Positions 51,600 to 64,000 of a DNA stretch of 64,000 nt are shown here, piece after piece. The stretch comes from Camelus ferus (Eukaryota). The stretch lies in assembly GCF_009834535.1 (NCBI RefSeq), contig NC_045697.1:50718001-50782000 (forward strand). The letters run 5' to 3'. Numbering within the stretch: position 1 is the first letter of the stretch; each line of letters begins with the position of its first letter. The position numbers were made by a program, and so were the translations under genes. The notes beneath the pieces are model-generated. The model was not told where the DNA came from. It searched no databases and saw only the letters and a list, made by a program, of their open reading frames with translations.

Positions 51600-51766
51600 A
51601 GAAAATCATAATCCCTAACCAGGAGGAAAATTCAGTCTATAGAAATAAACTCAGAAATAACAGAATAATAGACTTAGATAAGGATTTTAAAATAATAAGA
51701 TAGCCATTATAAATAAGCTAAGGGATTTAAAAGGAAATGCAACTGTAATGAAGAGAGAAGTGGAAA

Positions 51767-51792
51767 GTGTGTGTGTGTATATATATAAATAC

Positions 51793-51827
<35 letters not shown>

Positions 51828-51837
51828 TATATATATG
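51767..51837. repeat. Compound (GT)n(TA)n(CA)n(TA)n microsatellite
   Basis: Directly visible. Confidence 0.95.
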
Positions 51838-54280
51838 TAGTGTAACTTCTAGAAATGTCCAATTGAGGGATTAAAAAATAGAATGCACATCCACTAACTC
51901 CTGACACTCACTGAGAGTTGTCCCATGGCAGGCCATCCCACCTGTCAGCTGAGCAAACTCCTCTGCCATCCCCCCTCCCTGCCCTCAAATGGAGAAAACT
52001 CCCAGAAAGGAAGCAGGAGAGGGGAGCTTGAGTTGGGAAGCCAGCAGCGTGTTTAGATGTCACCCGTTGCAACTTCAGAACTCATTGTAAGCAGAGGGGA
52101 TGTGAGTGGAGTATCAACATTGAAGATAGGACAAGCCCTTCCCCTTATTACTTGTATGGCTAGTCAGAGAAAAGAGAGATAAGATCATCTGTCATTCTGG
52201 ACTGCCCCCATTACGCTTTGCAGGTCTGCCACCTCTGCCATCTCCCAGTGTTTCCCCAGTCACTTCCAGAAGTCCCGAGAAGACATCGCAATACAACTCA
52301 CAAAGAAAGACTCACAATGACAAGACTGGGTGAGCCACGTGTTCTCCTCTCCTTTGGTAACATTGCTCAGGAAATCTCAGTCACTGCTCCTTGCTGTTTC
52401 CTGCTGATGACCTTTCAAATTTGTGATGTGACACATCATATTCGTTTCCTACTTCTTTCATCCCTGACCCCTACCTTACATTCCTGTGTTTCACTTCCTG
52501 CCCTGACACTCCCAGTGGGAACTGCCTTGCACTTGGAAAGTCTTCAGGGCACTTTGGTGTGAAAACACACTACGTATCCTCTTGATCAAGGACTGTGACT
52601 GAGACAACACCCAGGGGTTTGGCCAGAGGACAAATGGCAGATATTTCAAGCCATCGATAACATTTAATTCATGCAACAGAGATTTCTACTTTTTAAAGTA
52701 CTACACAAAATTTTATTAGACCTCAGTTTTGTTTTGTTTTGTTTTTCCTTCCCTGAAGAGCTGGCTTTAAAAACAACTTCCTCCTTCTTCTTTTTTGGTG
52801 GGGAAAGAGGTGGTATATAGCAGGTATTTATTTGAAAAGGAAAAAAGAAGTATCTGGACTATTGCATTTAATCATGTATTATAATTGTGTTACTCTACCT
52901 TTTGGCATCAGAGAAAGATATACAATGAACATTCAGTTATCCCAGATTGAACACTAGACAGTAATTCTCTTGTTGTTACCTTCATTGTATAGAAGGGAAA
53001 ATACATTTGAGTCAAGAAACTTGCCCAAGATCACACAGTCAACAACGGATAGAGTTGGAATTTACTCCCAAGTAAATCTGATTCTTTGAAACCTTTGTAT
53101 TAATCACTGTATGAACAGAATGGTCTTTCTCCTTTTGAAACTCCATGTTGCTGTGTTGACAAGAGCTAAGCAGCCGGGACAGCAAGCTCCGTGTTTGAGG
53201 GTGAGGACTGGTCTTAGGTGTGAGAGCTTCACTGAACCCTCTGCGTCCTACTTGTGAATATTTTCCTGTGTCCTCTGACTTGGGGTGAATGCTAGCACTT
53301 ACGGAGTTTCCAGAAGATTTGCATTTATTTACTTTTGTACATTTTATGAAGTTTCTTCCTTCTCATCTCATTATCAGTAATATTGGAGTTATGAAAAGAT
53401 TATCATTTTTAGCTTTTTCAGTGTGAAGCAAAGCTCATGGAAGTTATTTCTCACTCCTGAGAACCCTTATTTACCCAACTCCTTGGAGCAAGCCTGAACT
53501 TGACCTCAAGTGTTCAGGATGCCAGCCTCACTTTGTTGCCTGTGTGGCAAGCTTCTCTCTAGGGCTCCGGATTTCCTGAATGAGTCCAGAATCAGAGACG
53601 AACACACACCCCAAACATCTAAAAATATTCTTCCTTTTCAGTTTTGGAGGGTGGTTTCTTCTACATGATCGGGATCTTTCTTCCCTTGACATAACGACTT
53701 TGTTTCTGTCTTGGAAACCTGATTTGCAGCAGTTATCCGGGGGCAGTGTGAACACCAAGTTCCAGAGGGCTTTCTGAGGCCAAACAATCCATCAAGTTCC
53801 ATAAAAATTACACTGGGAAGGGTGAGAACTAATGCATTCAAGTCTCAAAATCATTCTACTATTTTTGATAAATTGGTATAAAGACTTGGGATAATGTTAG
53901 ATTCAGTGGTAACTACTTATAAATAAAGCTTAGAAAATTGAACCCCCAAATCCATTAGACCTTTTATGAATTAACTACTTAGCCACTCATGTTTTCTCCT
54001 TCTATTAATGACAAATTGTGTTTTGAAGAAAAAAAATCCTCTTTACTGCAGTTTCACTGTAAGCTTCATTAAATTATCAATAATAGTTTAAAAAATCCTT
54101 TAGCAAAAGCAATGAAATGAGAGTTCTTTTTAAGATAGCTACAAGAATGCAAATGTTTTTAAGGAGGTAAACTTGAGCAGCCAGGTAGCAAGACACTCCT
54201 TATAAAAGGCAATATATTATTGTAGTTATTCTTGCACTGAGGGGGAGGGGCCAGTGCACAGTTTGGAAAAACACATTCTT

Positions 54281-55733
54281 TTATTTTTTTATTGAAGTAT
54301 TGTTGATTTAAAATGTTGTGTTAATTTCTGGTACACAGCGTGGTGATTCAGTTATACATGTATATATTCTTTTTCATTATAGGTTATTGCAAGTTATTGA
54401 ATATAGTTCCCTGTGCTATACAATATGACTTGTTTATCTTTTCTGTACATAATAGTTTGTAGCTGGTAATCCCAAATCCCTAATTTATTTCCACCCCTTT
54501 CCCCTTTAGCAACCATAGATTTGTTTTCTATGTCTTTGAGTCTCTTCTGGTCTGTAAATAAATTCATTGTAACATTTTTCAGATTCTACATATAAGTGAT
54601 ACCATGATACTTGTCTTTCTCTGTTTGGTTTACTTCACTTAGTATGATCATCTTTAGGTCCATCCATTTTGCTACAAATGGCATTATTTCATTGTTTTTA
54701 TGGCTGAGTAGTATTCCATTGTATATATCAGATACAACTTCTTTATCCAATCATCTGTCAATGGACATTTAGATTGATTCATGTTTTGGCTATTATAAAT
54801 AGTGCTTCTGTGAACATTAGGGTGCATGTATTTTCTCAAATTAGACTTTCCTCCAGACATATGCCCAGCAGTAGGATTACTAGATCATATTGTAAGTCTA
54901 TTTTCAGTTTTTTAAGAAATCTCCATACTATTTTCCATAATAGCTGCACCAAATTACATTCCCACCAACAATGTAGGAGGGTTCCCTTTTCTCCACACTC
55001 TCCAGCATTTATTGCTGTGTACTTTTTAATGATGGCCATTCTGACTAGTGTGAGGTGATACCTCATTGTAATTCTGATTTGTATTTCTCTGATAATTAAT
55101 GACATTGATCATCACTTCATGTACCTATTGGCCATCTTTATGTCTTCTTTGGACGAATGACTGTTTAGGTCTTCTGCCTATTTTCTGATTGAATCTTTTT
55201 TGTTATCGAGTTGTATGAGCTCTTTATATATTATGGAAATTAAGCTCTTAATCAGCTGCATCATTTCAAATATTTTCTCTCACTTCATAAGTTTTCTTTT
55301 CATTTTGTTTATGATTTCCTTTACTGTGCAAAAGCTTGTAAGTTTGATTAGATTTCACTTGTTCACTTTTGTTTCTATTTCTATTGCCTTGGGAGACTTA
55401 TCTAGGGAAAAATTACGATGATTTATGTCAGAGAAATATGATATTAAAGACTTATGTTTAAATCTTTAAGCCATTTTGAGTTAATTTTTTTGTGTGAGGG
55501 AGTGTTCTAACTTCATTGATTTACATGCAGCTGTCCAGCTTTCCTAACACCACATGCTCAAGATCCTGTCTTTTTTCCATTGTATATTCTTGCCTCCTTT
55601 GTCAAAGATTAATTGACCACAGGTGTGTGAGTTTATTTCTGGGCTCTCTCTCCTGTTCCATTAAGTTATAGATCTGTTTTTGTGCCAATACCATGCTGTT
55701 TTGATTACTGTAGTTTTGTAGTATTATCTGAAG
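54281..55733 (-). mobile_element. L1 3' fragment (~1.45 kb) just past the GRO polyA site
   Basis: ORF2 remnants (ORF 54836-55105 [25 protein letters not shown]); 17-bp TSD TGGAAAA(A/G)CACATTCTT at 54264-54280 and 55734-55750. Confidence 0.93.
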
Positions 55734-55934
55734 TGGAAAAGCACATTCTTGGGTTTGAGAGCCAAGAGGAGTGATGGCTATCACCAGATGAAATTAAGCA
55801 TAACTTATAGTTTGATTTATTGGTGTAGCAAATTGAATGTCCATGAGGAGAAAGAGAAGTTGAGAAATATTGATGTAAATAATCATATTATCTACTAAAG
55901 ATAAACCTTTTTTCTTCAGAAAAATGAAACAAAC

Positions 55935-56669
55935 ATTGTTTAGTTTGAAATACTTTATTTTCACGTTCTTTGTAAAAATATCAATAAATTTTTAAACTTC
56001 TCTTTTCTAAGACACAGAAAAGCACTGCATAGTTAACATTAAACAAGGCATTATGCCTTACAAGAAAGACATAAAATGTCCAAAGGATATTTGGGACATT
56101 GTAGTTCTTAAAGCTTCAACAAGAGAAATGTTGACCACAAACTGTGAAATCGTTTCAGTAAATAACAACTAACATTCTTTTAAAAATTTACAAAAATAGC
56201 TGTACACATACATTCCCCCATGGTGACAATGACCTCACTATTCATTTGGATCCAGCAGCCTGTATCACAGGGGCTAGCAAGCTGTGGGCTCCCCAGAAAT
56301 ATCAGTTTAATGACTGGAGAATATTTGCAAATCTTCTACTTCAAATTAAATAAGAACCAAGATAATTAACTTGATTTTTTTCAAAAAATAAATAATAAAA
56401 ATAATAATCCAGTGCACAAGTAGATTCAATCATTACATCCTTAATTATTTTACATGTAAATATTAACCCAGAGTCTTTGAAAACTAGCCAACACACAAAT
56501 TAATAAATAAATAAATAAGTGGAAGAATCCTCCCAAGAGATGGTCAAACGTATTAAGTCCAGTCCAGGTGGCTCCAGGTACTGATGATTTCTCCTTTCCC
56601 TCTTTGATTCCTGTAAGGGCAGGGCCTACTTTGGGAACAGCCATCAGAGGGCTTTCTTCTTGCCCCTGG
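55935..56669 (-). other. GRO 3' UTR with AU-rich elements
   Basis: Overlapping ATTTA pentamers (minus strand TTATTTATTTATTTATT at ~56502-56518), further AU-rich tracts, and AATAAA at 55959-55954. The cleavage site is approximate. Confidence 0.85.
55954..55959 (-). terminator. Polyadenylation signal AATAAA of the GRO gene
   Basis: tttatt on + strand; GT/T-rich sequence follows on the minus strand (TGTTTGTTTCATTTT). Confidence 0.8.
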
Positions 56670-56685
56670 TCAGCTGGAGCTGCCC
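56670..56685 (-). CDS. CXCL1/2/3 (GRO): GRO exon 4 coding part
   Basis: Acceptor TTTTCTCATTACAG|, then G GGC AGC TCC AGC TGA, followed by a GRO-like 3' UTR. Confidence 0.92.
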
Positions 56686-57990
56686 CTGTAATGAGAAAAG
56701 GATTTTCTTAGGAGCTCTTCCAGAAAACTGGCTGCACAACAGTCTTCTCCTATCCTGCTCCCCAGATTTCTGAATCCAGTCTTCCCAGCCTGGCACCTGC
56801 TATGCTGTGTGGCAGAGACCTCTAGGCTATTGGATATTCTTATTCAGGAATGGGGTAGGGTCTGCGGTCTCCACTGCAGTGTTGGCTACAAATGGCTAGA
56901 ACCATTACTGTCTACCTGTCACACTGGGCCTCGCCTAAGCCTCACAGTAAACCCATGTGTAGCTACTATTGTTTTCCCTGTTATACTAAGTCTTAGATAA
57001 ACCAAATAATTGTCCTTGAGTCATATGGCTAATAGGTGGTGGAATCCAAATTTGTACCCAATACCAACTGGCTGCAAAGTCCCTGCTCTTTACCACTAAG
57101 CTTTAAGAGCTTATGTTGCAGAAAACGAAGGTTCTGCTTTTCAGGTGTGAAGCCCAGAAAGAACTGGAGCAGGTGTATGTGTTGGGGGTAGGGAGGGGGG
57201 TGTGCCTGTGTTTTTTATACAGTTTTTTTTAGCATAACTGGCCAACCGCAGTGAGAATTTTAATGAAAGCAGCTTAAACTGCATTCATCTGAATTGGGAT
57301 GGAGTCAGGGGCCAGGATGGAAGGCACTGAAAATATCTTGGCATCAGAGCAGATTAATGATCTTAATGGCAAATTTAATCGTGAAATAATGATTTTCCAT
57401 TCCTTCAGCTAAACCCTGGGTTTCTCTGATACAGTTTTCAGGAGGCAGAATGACCCTAGTCACACGTGTGAATAAGAAACCATAACTCACTTGTTTAGCA
57501 TCTTGTCGACTATTTTCTTAACCATGGGGGCTGCGGGGTTGAGACAAGCTTCCTGGCCATTCTTGAGAGTGGCTCTGCAGAGAGAGGGGAGACCACGTGA
57601 GGCCGGAGGTCGGGCTGGGGGTCAGGGTGGGGGTACAGGGAGGTAGCGGTGACAAGGACCGCAGCAGCGGCGGCACTTACATGACTTCCGTTTGGCCACA
57701 GTGGGGTCCCGGGGCCGTCACCTTCACGCTCTGGATGTTCTTGAAGTGAATTCCCTGCAAGGTCTGCAAGCAGTGGCAGCGCAGTTCGGTGACCACAGGC
57801 ACCCCTGCAGAGAGAGCAGACTCGGTTAGGGGGCCGTCCGGGGATGGGCGCCCAGCCACCCGCCCACCCGCCCCGGCGATGCCGGGCGCCGCGTCTCACC
57901 TGCTGCGCGCCGGCCGGCGGCCACCAGGAGCAGGAGCAGCAGCGCGGCGCGGAGGAGCCGGGGGGCGGCGGGGGTCGCGGTGCGGGCCAT
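56670..57990 (-). CDS. CXCL1/2/3 (GRO): GRO-type ELR+ CXC chemokine, spliced CDS join(57990-57900, 57804-57681, 57574-57491, 56685-56670), 104 aa
   Basis: Manual splicing at GT-AG sites gives 91+124+84+16=315 nt: [104 protein letters not shown]. It has a signal peptide, ELR-C-x-C, four cysteines and GRO-typical exon sizes. The paralog cannot be fixed from the protein alone. Confidence 0.97.
57491..57574 (-). CDS. CXCL1/2/3 (GRO): GRO exon 3
   Basis: Acceptor CTCTCTCTGCAG|, 84 nt, [27 protein letters not shown], donor |GTGAGT. Confidence 0.96.
57681..57804 (-). CDS. CXCL1/2/3 (GRO): GRO exon 2 (ELR-CXC)
   Basis: Acceptor CTCTCTCTGCAG|, 124 nt, [40 protein letters not shown], donor |GTAAGT; overlaps ORF 57677-57859. 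Confidence 0.97.
57900..57990 (-). CDS. CXCL1/2/3 (GRO): GRO exon 1 coding part (signal peptide)
   Basis: ATG at 57990-57988; reads [30 protein letters not shown]+G; donor G|GTGAG at 57899. Confidence 0.95.
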
Positions 57991-58070
57991 GGGGCTCAGC
58001 TCGGAGGGTCTCTGTCTGCGGCGGTTGAGCTGGCGGATCGGACTCTGTGGCTCCCCGAACCCAGGGAACC

Positions 58071-58220
58071 CTTTTTATCCTGATGGGACAGGAGCTCGCA
58101 GCCCGGGGCAGGGAAATTCCCGGACATGTGGGTCGTTCTCGGATCGGGAAGGAAGACGCGGCCCCGTCGCGGGGGGGAGAGCGCTGGGGCCCGGGCCCGC
58201 CCGCCCCCACTCCCGCCTAA
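58071..58220 (-). promoter_or_regulatory. GRO proximal promoter: TATA-like box, NF-kB site, GC boxes
   Basis: Minus strand GATAAAAAG at 58079-58071, GGGAATTTCCC at 58121-58111, and GGGCGG boxes at ~58197-58207. This matches the known arrangement of GRO promoters. Confidence 0.88.
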
Positions 58221-60849
58221 TCCGCGGACCCGGGGGTGACGTCTTTGTGCCCAAATCTCTGCTTGGGAGTGAGCTGTCACCACTCTGGGGCTACCGCCTG
58301 AGAGGAGCCTGTGAGCACCCGATCACTCCTGGTCTCGGGGCAAGAAGAGGGGGAAGTGTTGGAGGCAGATCCGTGAGATGCACCTCCACCCCCCACACCC
58401 CCTGCCCGCCTCGTGGTGACCGGACAATTTTAGCAGGAGAGTTACCTCTTTAGTGATCAGACCTGGGGGAATAAAGGAATAGGAAAGGAGGAGATTTTGC
58501 TTAGCCTCTATCTGTCTCTCTGAATTTCTATTTTGCCTATTTCGTACGTGTGGAATGTATGCTCTCTGTCAAAAATACAGCCATCATCTAGGATTCCAAA
58601 AAAGGATGTCCAGCTTGTTCCTCTTGTTGTGTATCTTCAAGTCACACTTAGAATATCTTGGTTATGTTTTCCATTTGGTGGGAACTGGGATCAGTACCAA
58701 AAGTTGAATCTAGGGTTAATTTCAGTGAAAGTTGAGAACTGTAACATGCCCTTGGCGTTTGTGTCCTGCTGAACATCCTTCCTCCTGGGCAATATTGGAA
58801 CTTCCAAAATTCCCGCAGGTCTCCTCTTCCCTTTATGAAGGGTTCTGAGTTGATCTATGAATAGGGCACAGGTGATCACTTTGAAGCTGTGGGTGGGCTA
58901 GTTGGGGTCACTTCTGGTTCTATCCTTGGACAGAGTATTACATGGACACTGGAGAGTGGGTACCAGCTGCAAATCACCCTTGGATGTGTGTGGTTAAAAT
59001 ACGAACTGCCGGATCACACATAAAAATCCTGTTTCATTCACTGAAGAGTGACCTTCAGTGTTGTTCCTTCTTCCTCTTAAAACAGTGACATGTCTTTGTT
59101 TTCTGACCAGGAATTTCAGTCTTTTGACCTGATGCTTTTACTATTTTTTCCCTAGAAGTTTGAGAGAACTTGGCTTGACTCAATATTAAGTATAGCAGGT
59201 TTAAGTGTAATTCTCCAGGTTGAATTGAGAACTCTCGGAGATGCAGAATATGATGGGAGTGGAGAGAGGAGAAAGAAATGGCCTCTGGCCCAGGGATGGG
59301 TGTCTAGGGGCAGGGCTCTGGGCAGCCTAGCTCAGTGAGTGAGAAGCTGCGTTCCACAGCCAGCCAGCTCCGGACGTGCAGCGAAGCCGCTTGCATTAAG
59401 TTGCCACCTATCACTTGCACACTGTTAAATTTTTCTTTGCCTATCCCAAGGTGGTTATGAGAAATGAGTCAATGTGTGTGGGAGCCAGCAGGGATCAAAT
59501 GCCTTATAAACGTTTGTTAAGTAGATAAAATAGAAATAGCTTTTTCCAGTATTGCCTAAACAGAAACTCCACCTGTTGTGAATCCTTCTATAAATTAAAA
59601 AAATAATAATAAAGAAAGAAAGAAAAAGGTAATGGAAAGGTTCACTCCCCAATTTTTCTTTTCACATTTAAAACTTTCTATATCAGGCTTTCTAAAAGGA
59701 AGGCACCGCTACACTCTACTAGGAGAAGCACTTACATGGGATTTTTTTTTTTTTTAACTCAAGATCTATCATGGATTTATTTTGCAGCCTTACTCAATCA
59801 CTTATCTATTAGAAGGGAGCTTAAATTAAAGACTCTCCACATTATCTATTGCCAGATATTTACAAAATGAATGACTTGTTTTTAAAAATATTCTAGTGTT
59901 TTTCAGTGTGCTCCTGAGAGAAAAACCTGGGAAACTAAAGGGAGATTAAAATTTGTGTTAAGCAGCAGGAAATAAAAAATCATCTAAAGGCTGTAAAATA
60001 TGGTGACAAATTCAGGAATAATTGAGAGTTTGTGTGATTTCTCCCCTTATTATCAGAGTTTCCTGGGATTTCATGGCGAACTGGCCCAGAAATACAAAAG
60101 CCAGTCTTTAAAAGTTGAAAGATGCATTGTTTTGTTTTCTAATTGTGATACAGGCTTGGTTTCTAAAGCTTGTAAAAGTCAGAAAGGCATACAGAGATTA
60201 TTTTTCCTCTAAACTTTCTTAACTTTTGTCTATGGAACAAACTTTAACAGGTCACTGAAAATTTGCTTTTTTCTTCAACAAACATGATAGCTGATAAATT
60301 ATAAGTGCACACAGGGTGCTGAGTAAATATGAAAGAGGCTACTTCCTTTATTTAGTTGCCACATACCACAGGCACATTACTAAACCTCTGTACCCACCCT
60401 GCGATGCAGCACAATGATTCTGTGCTAAATTCCAGGCTCTCTTCTAAGGGTTACACAAATATTGACTCATTTAGTTGTCCAAACATCCTTGCGAAATTAC
60501 TTACCATTGCTATCTTTGTGATACGTTAAGGTCACAAATAAGGAAACTGAGGTGCAGAAAGGTTAAGAAGCTTCCCTAAGGTCACCGGATACTGTGCCTG
60601 GGACCCAAACCCAGAGAGAATGGCTTTTAACGATTGTACTATGATAACAGTGCTCAGTGATGTATTATTTAAAATTTCCAGAGAGGAGTGATTTTTAAAA
60701 AATTGTTTGCTGTTCCTCGAGTTGACTGTTTCAAATTTACTTATTCTAAAATGCAAACACAATGGTCATATACCTCCATAGTTTGGTTTCACTAACAGCA
60801 TAACTCTCTCCTGTGGCATTGATATAATTTGTTATACTTTCTTGAAGTA

Positions 60850-61420
60850 GTCAATTCTGAAAAATAGTAACTTTATCATAGAGAAATTTGGCAAACATTC
60901 CCTTAGCCAAATGATGATAATGAAGGTTAGTATCATCAACGTGATGTCCGGTGGATATCATGTACCCCCGATGGGATGTGATGAGAAGGTCACTTCACCT
61001 CCTTGGTATTCTTCCCAGAAGCTCATATCCCCAGTCCAACCATGAGAAAAATATTCTTCAAACCTAAACTGAGGAATATTAAATGGCTAACACTCCAAAA
61101 TTGTCAAGATCATGAAAACTGGGAAAGACCAAGCAACTGTCACAGTCCAAAGGAAAGTACGGAGACATGACAACTGCAATGTGGTACCTGGATTGGACCC
61201 TGGAATAGAAGGAGAACAGTAAATGGAAAAACTGGTGAAGTTCAAACTGGAGTTTCCTGAACAGTAGACGTGCCAATGTTGTTTTCTTAGCTTTGGCCAA
61301 TGTACCGTAGTAATGTAAAACAGTCACAATAAGAGATATTGAGTGAAGCACACATATGAATTGTAATATCTTTGCAACTTTCATAATTTAAAATTATTTC
61401 AAAATTTAAAAAAATAAAGC
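60850..61420 (+). mobile_element. Old L1 3' UTR remnant (L1MC/ME-like)
   Basis: Typical motifs (ggagacatgacaactgcaatgtggtacctggattggaccctggaa; tctttgcaactttc) and an A-rich end. Confidence 0.6.
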
Positions 61421-62869
61421 TGTTTTTAGGCGGTTTCTCTTTCTAAAGCAATTTAGAATACCACCAAAAGGAAATCAGTGGACATGACTGCTTTATCTGG
61501 TAGCTTCCTAGAAGGGGAATTAAATTTTTGTTGACTTCATATTTCATGAAATATGAAAATCCAACATATCTGCTGCCCGGTTTTGGACACTTCATCGTTT
61601 TTCATAGGCCTAAGTAGTTTGTCTTCACCATTAATCATGCTGTCCAAATTGCTCATCTATTTCTTGTAACTGATGAATAGCAGAAAGTGTTTGCTTTAAT
61701 GGCCTCCAGACCCAACCCAAAACTGACGTAAATGAAACTATTCAGGGAGAGAGGAACTCCAATTTATCTACAAGAGCTGCCAAAATAAATAAATAAATAA
61801 GTAATTAAGAAGTTAAGAAGTAGCCAACATTTGTAGATTGTATAGAATTTGACTCCTGAGGATGATAATCAAAATCACTTGTTCTTGGAAATGAAGTAAA
61901 AATCCAAGGTTTCTTTTTTTGCTGTTATTTTCTCCATCATATGCCTCTTAAAATTCATGACATCCTCATCAACCAAAATACAGAAGTTTTATAAACAAAG
62001 GAATGTTTAGTCTAGTACGATAAACAAATTCACTCTCTTGTTTGAGCAAGTGCTTCTTTAAGCCAATTACTTTTGCAAAAGTTGAAGACCAGGTTTTTAA
62101 GCACACTCTTTAAACTCATGCAAGCAATGATCCTTAAAGTAATGAAATAATCTTTAAAAATGGAAGCTTTGGTGATGAAATTCCGTTTTCCCTGCAATCA
62201 TTACTCAGAATTGACAGTAAAATCTAGGATGCTCACATCTTGTAGACCCACCGTTTCACTCCAGTCCTTGCTGTAGCAACCAGCTGCATGCAGCTGGAAA
62301 CTTACAACTCCTCATCTCAGCTATACTTTCTGCACCAAAGTTTCTTCATCACTGCCATGGAAAATCTCTTGCCCAATAGGGAACAGGAGGTAACCAATAT
62401 ATGTTTTCCCCCTCTTTTATGTTTTAGGCAGATACTCTATAAGACTTCTCAGAGGGTACCCAATAGGATTGAACTCCAGCAAACCACATTTTTTTTTCTT
62501 ATTTCACTTTTCCCATTTTTTCAGTTCTATACATAGGGAACATTTCCCCAGATAAAGCTGCCTGCATTGTAGGCCGATGACTCAGGCACTGCTTTTTGAG
62601 GGGACGCCTTGGCTAAGACACTACTCCATCCTGAGAATGAACTGTGCTGACCGGCAGGCAGAAATGGGCAGTGTAGCTTTCCCTACCCCTAGCTGGTTTT
62701 AAGAAGTTGCTACATCTTAACTTCATCTCTATTTCCCCTACAATATCCCTCCTGATATAATGACTCCAGTTCCAAGGGAAGAAGAACAAAGATATCTGAA
62801 CATGGCATTAAATTCTTAGATCCATCGATCGCTCCTGGCAAATGGCATTAGTGTACACCAGCATCAGGG

Positions 62870-63354
62870 TGTAGGGGAAGAAAATGTTTCCCCTCTTTCC
62901 TTCTTGATTGTTTGGCTGGCCTAATAATGAAGTTGGCATAATACAGAGTAACAGGAGAAAGAGAAATATAATTTTGTTCATAAAGGAGCCCCATAAAAAT
63001 ATGAGACTCAAAGAAAAGACCAAAGTAGGCAGCTTTTCTACCATTAGGGCAAAATGGCAATACAATTGTGAAGAAATGAGAAGACAAAGGAGTTTGGGCT
63101 TGGGGTAGTAAATTAATGGAGAAGTAACAAATTCATTTGTATAGCCTTCTTGGCCCTAAATTATCTATCTCTGATGATAAGGATGTCTCTTTTTCTCCTG
63201 GTATAGGAAGGGCACATTTATTTCCTGCTTTCAAGGGAAAAACAGAGGGTCAGAGTTTCCTTCTTATACCAGTTGTTTCTTAAGTAACTTTAATTCAAAA
63301 TAATAAATATGCCAAAGTGGAATATTGGGTGGAATCCTGCCGTGAACTACATCA
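62870..63354 (-). mobile_element. ERV1-class solo LTR
   Basis: TG...CA termini with 4-bp TSD AGGG (62866-62869, 63355-63358); internal motifs (aacaggagaaa, taactttaattcaaaataataaatatgccaaagtgg) recall MER41-like ERV1 LTRs. Strand is inferred. Confidence 0.65.
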
Positions 63355-64000
63355 AGGGTTAGCCCCTCTATTCAGTCTCCCCAGAGACTGTATGTCTGGC
63401 TCTCCTTTTTCCTTATTCTGATAACACCCTAGATTTACTCTGTTCTCAGTCTATCAGGTTCAGATGGGATGACCCATCTCTCAGTTCCTTCCTATCAAGG
63501 CCCACCCCCTACCCTACTGACTGACTCAAAGATGGGAACGTGACCTAAGCCTGGCTCAATAAGAAACAGTCTCTAGAATTTTTATTGAAACAATTGAAAA
63601 AGAAGCTCTTAATTCTTCCTGGGATTTTTAAACTGCTAAAATGGGGCTTAGATGTAAGCCAATGCTTGGTAAGAGCCTTTCTAAGAATAAAATTGGTCCA
63701 GAGGAAAGCACATTAAATGAGATAAATGACTAAGGACCTTGTTTGAATACCTGTGCCCTCCAGGTGACTCTGATTTATTCATGAACACTATGTAGGCCAA
63801 CAGATTTTCTTATTTTTTTTTTTTTTAAGACCATTTCAATTAGATGTTCATCTCTTGCCAATAGCCTGGCTTAACACCATCCATCTTTCACATTTCTGCT
63901 ACAAGTAACTTTCCAACAAGGGTAAAACTATTTACTCTATTTAATCTGTCTATCCATTTATCTCTTCAACATTTATCTACCACTTATAAGCTAAGAACTA

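Larger units (their letters stand above)
57590..58425. promoter_or_regulatory. CpG island over the GRO promoter and exons 1-2
   Basis: Visibly GC- and CpG-rich stretch in an otherwise AT-rich, CpG-depleted window. Confidence 0.85.

Noticed and set aside
53528..53841. Cys-containing ORFs (LPPDNCCKS) as a third chemokine relic
   Set aside because: No C-x-C with correct spacing, no signal-peptide exon and no consistent splice phases.
57510..58453. Several overlapping GC-rich ORFs (e.g. 57980-58453 +, 57510-57899 -)
   Set aside because: They are by-products of the CpG island and alternative frames of the GRO gene; only the spliced frame gives a coherent protein.
1..64000. CRISPR arrays, operons, rRNA or other prokaryote-type systems
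   Set aside because: The DNA is mammalian with spliceosomal introns and retroposons; no regularly spaced repeat array or such genes were seen.

Overview
This is AT-rich, repeat-dense mammalian genomic DNA, most likely camelid, judged from six copies of a tRNA-derived SINE resembling vic-1. It lies in the ELR+ CXC chemokine cluster. One intact gene is present: a 4-exon GRO-type chemokine (CXCL1/2/3 family, 104 aa) on the minus strand at 56670-57990, with a CpG island, a kB site and an AU-rich 3' UTR. About 7.4 kb downstream on the same strand are the remains of a CXCL15 (lungkine)-like gene (exon 1 48536-48592, exon 2 47753-47881, possible exon 3 42370-42441). The ORF track misses it because it carries an ATG->ACG change, frameshifts and two nonsense codons, one in the ELR motif. 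The remaining ~40 kb is intergenic: young and old L1 copies (two with twin-priming inversions), SINEs, L2/MIR, MaLR/ERV LTRs, an ERV-L dUTPase relic, hAT MITEs and a few candidate enhancers. I found no evidence for a new multi-gene system; the CXCL15-like pseudogene is the most notable observation. Family assignments come from recalled consensus features, not database searches, and repeat boundaries are approximate unless a TSD is given.
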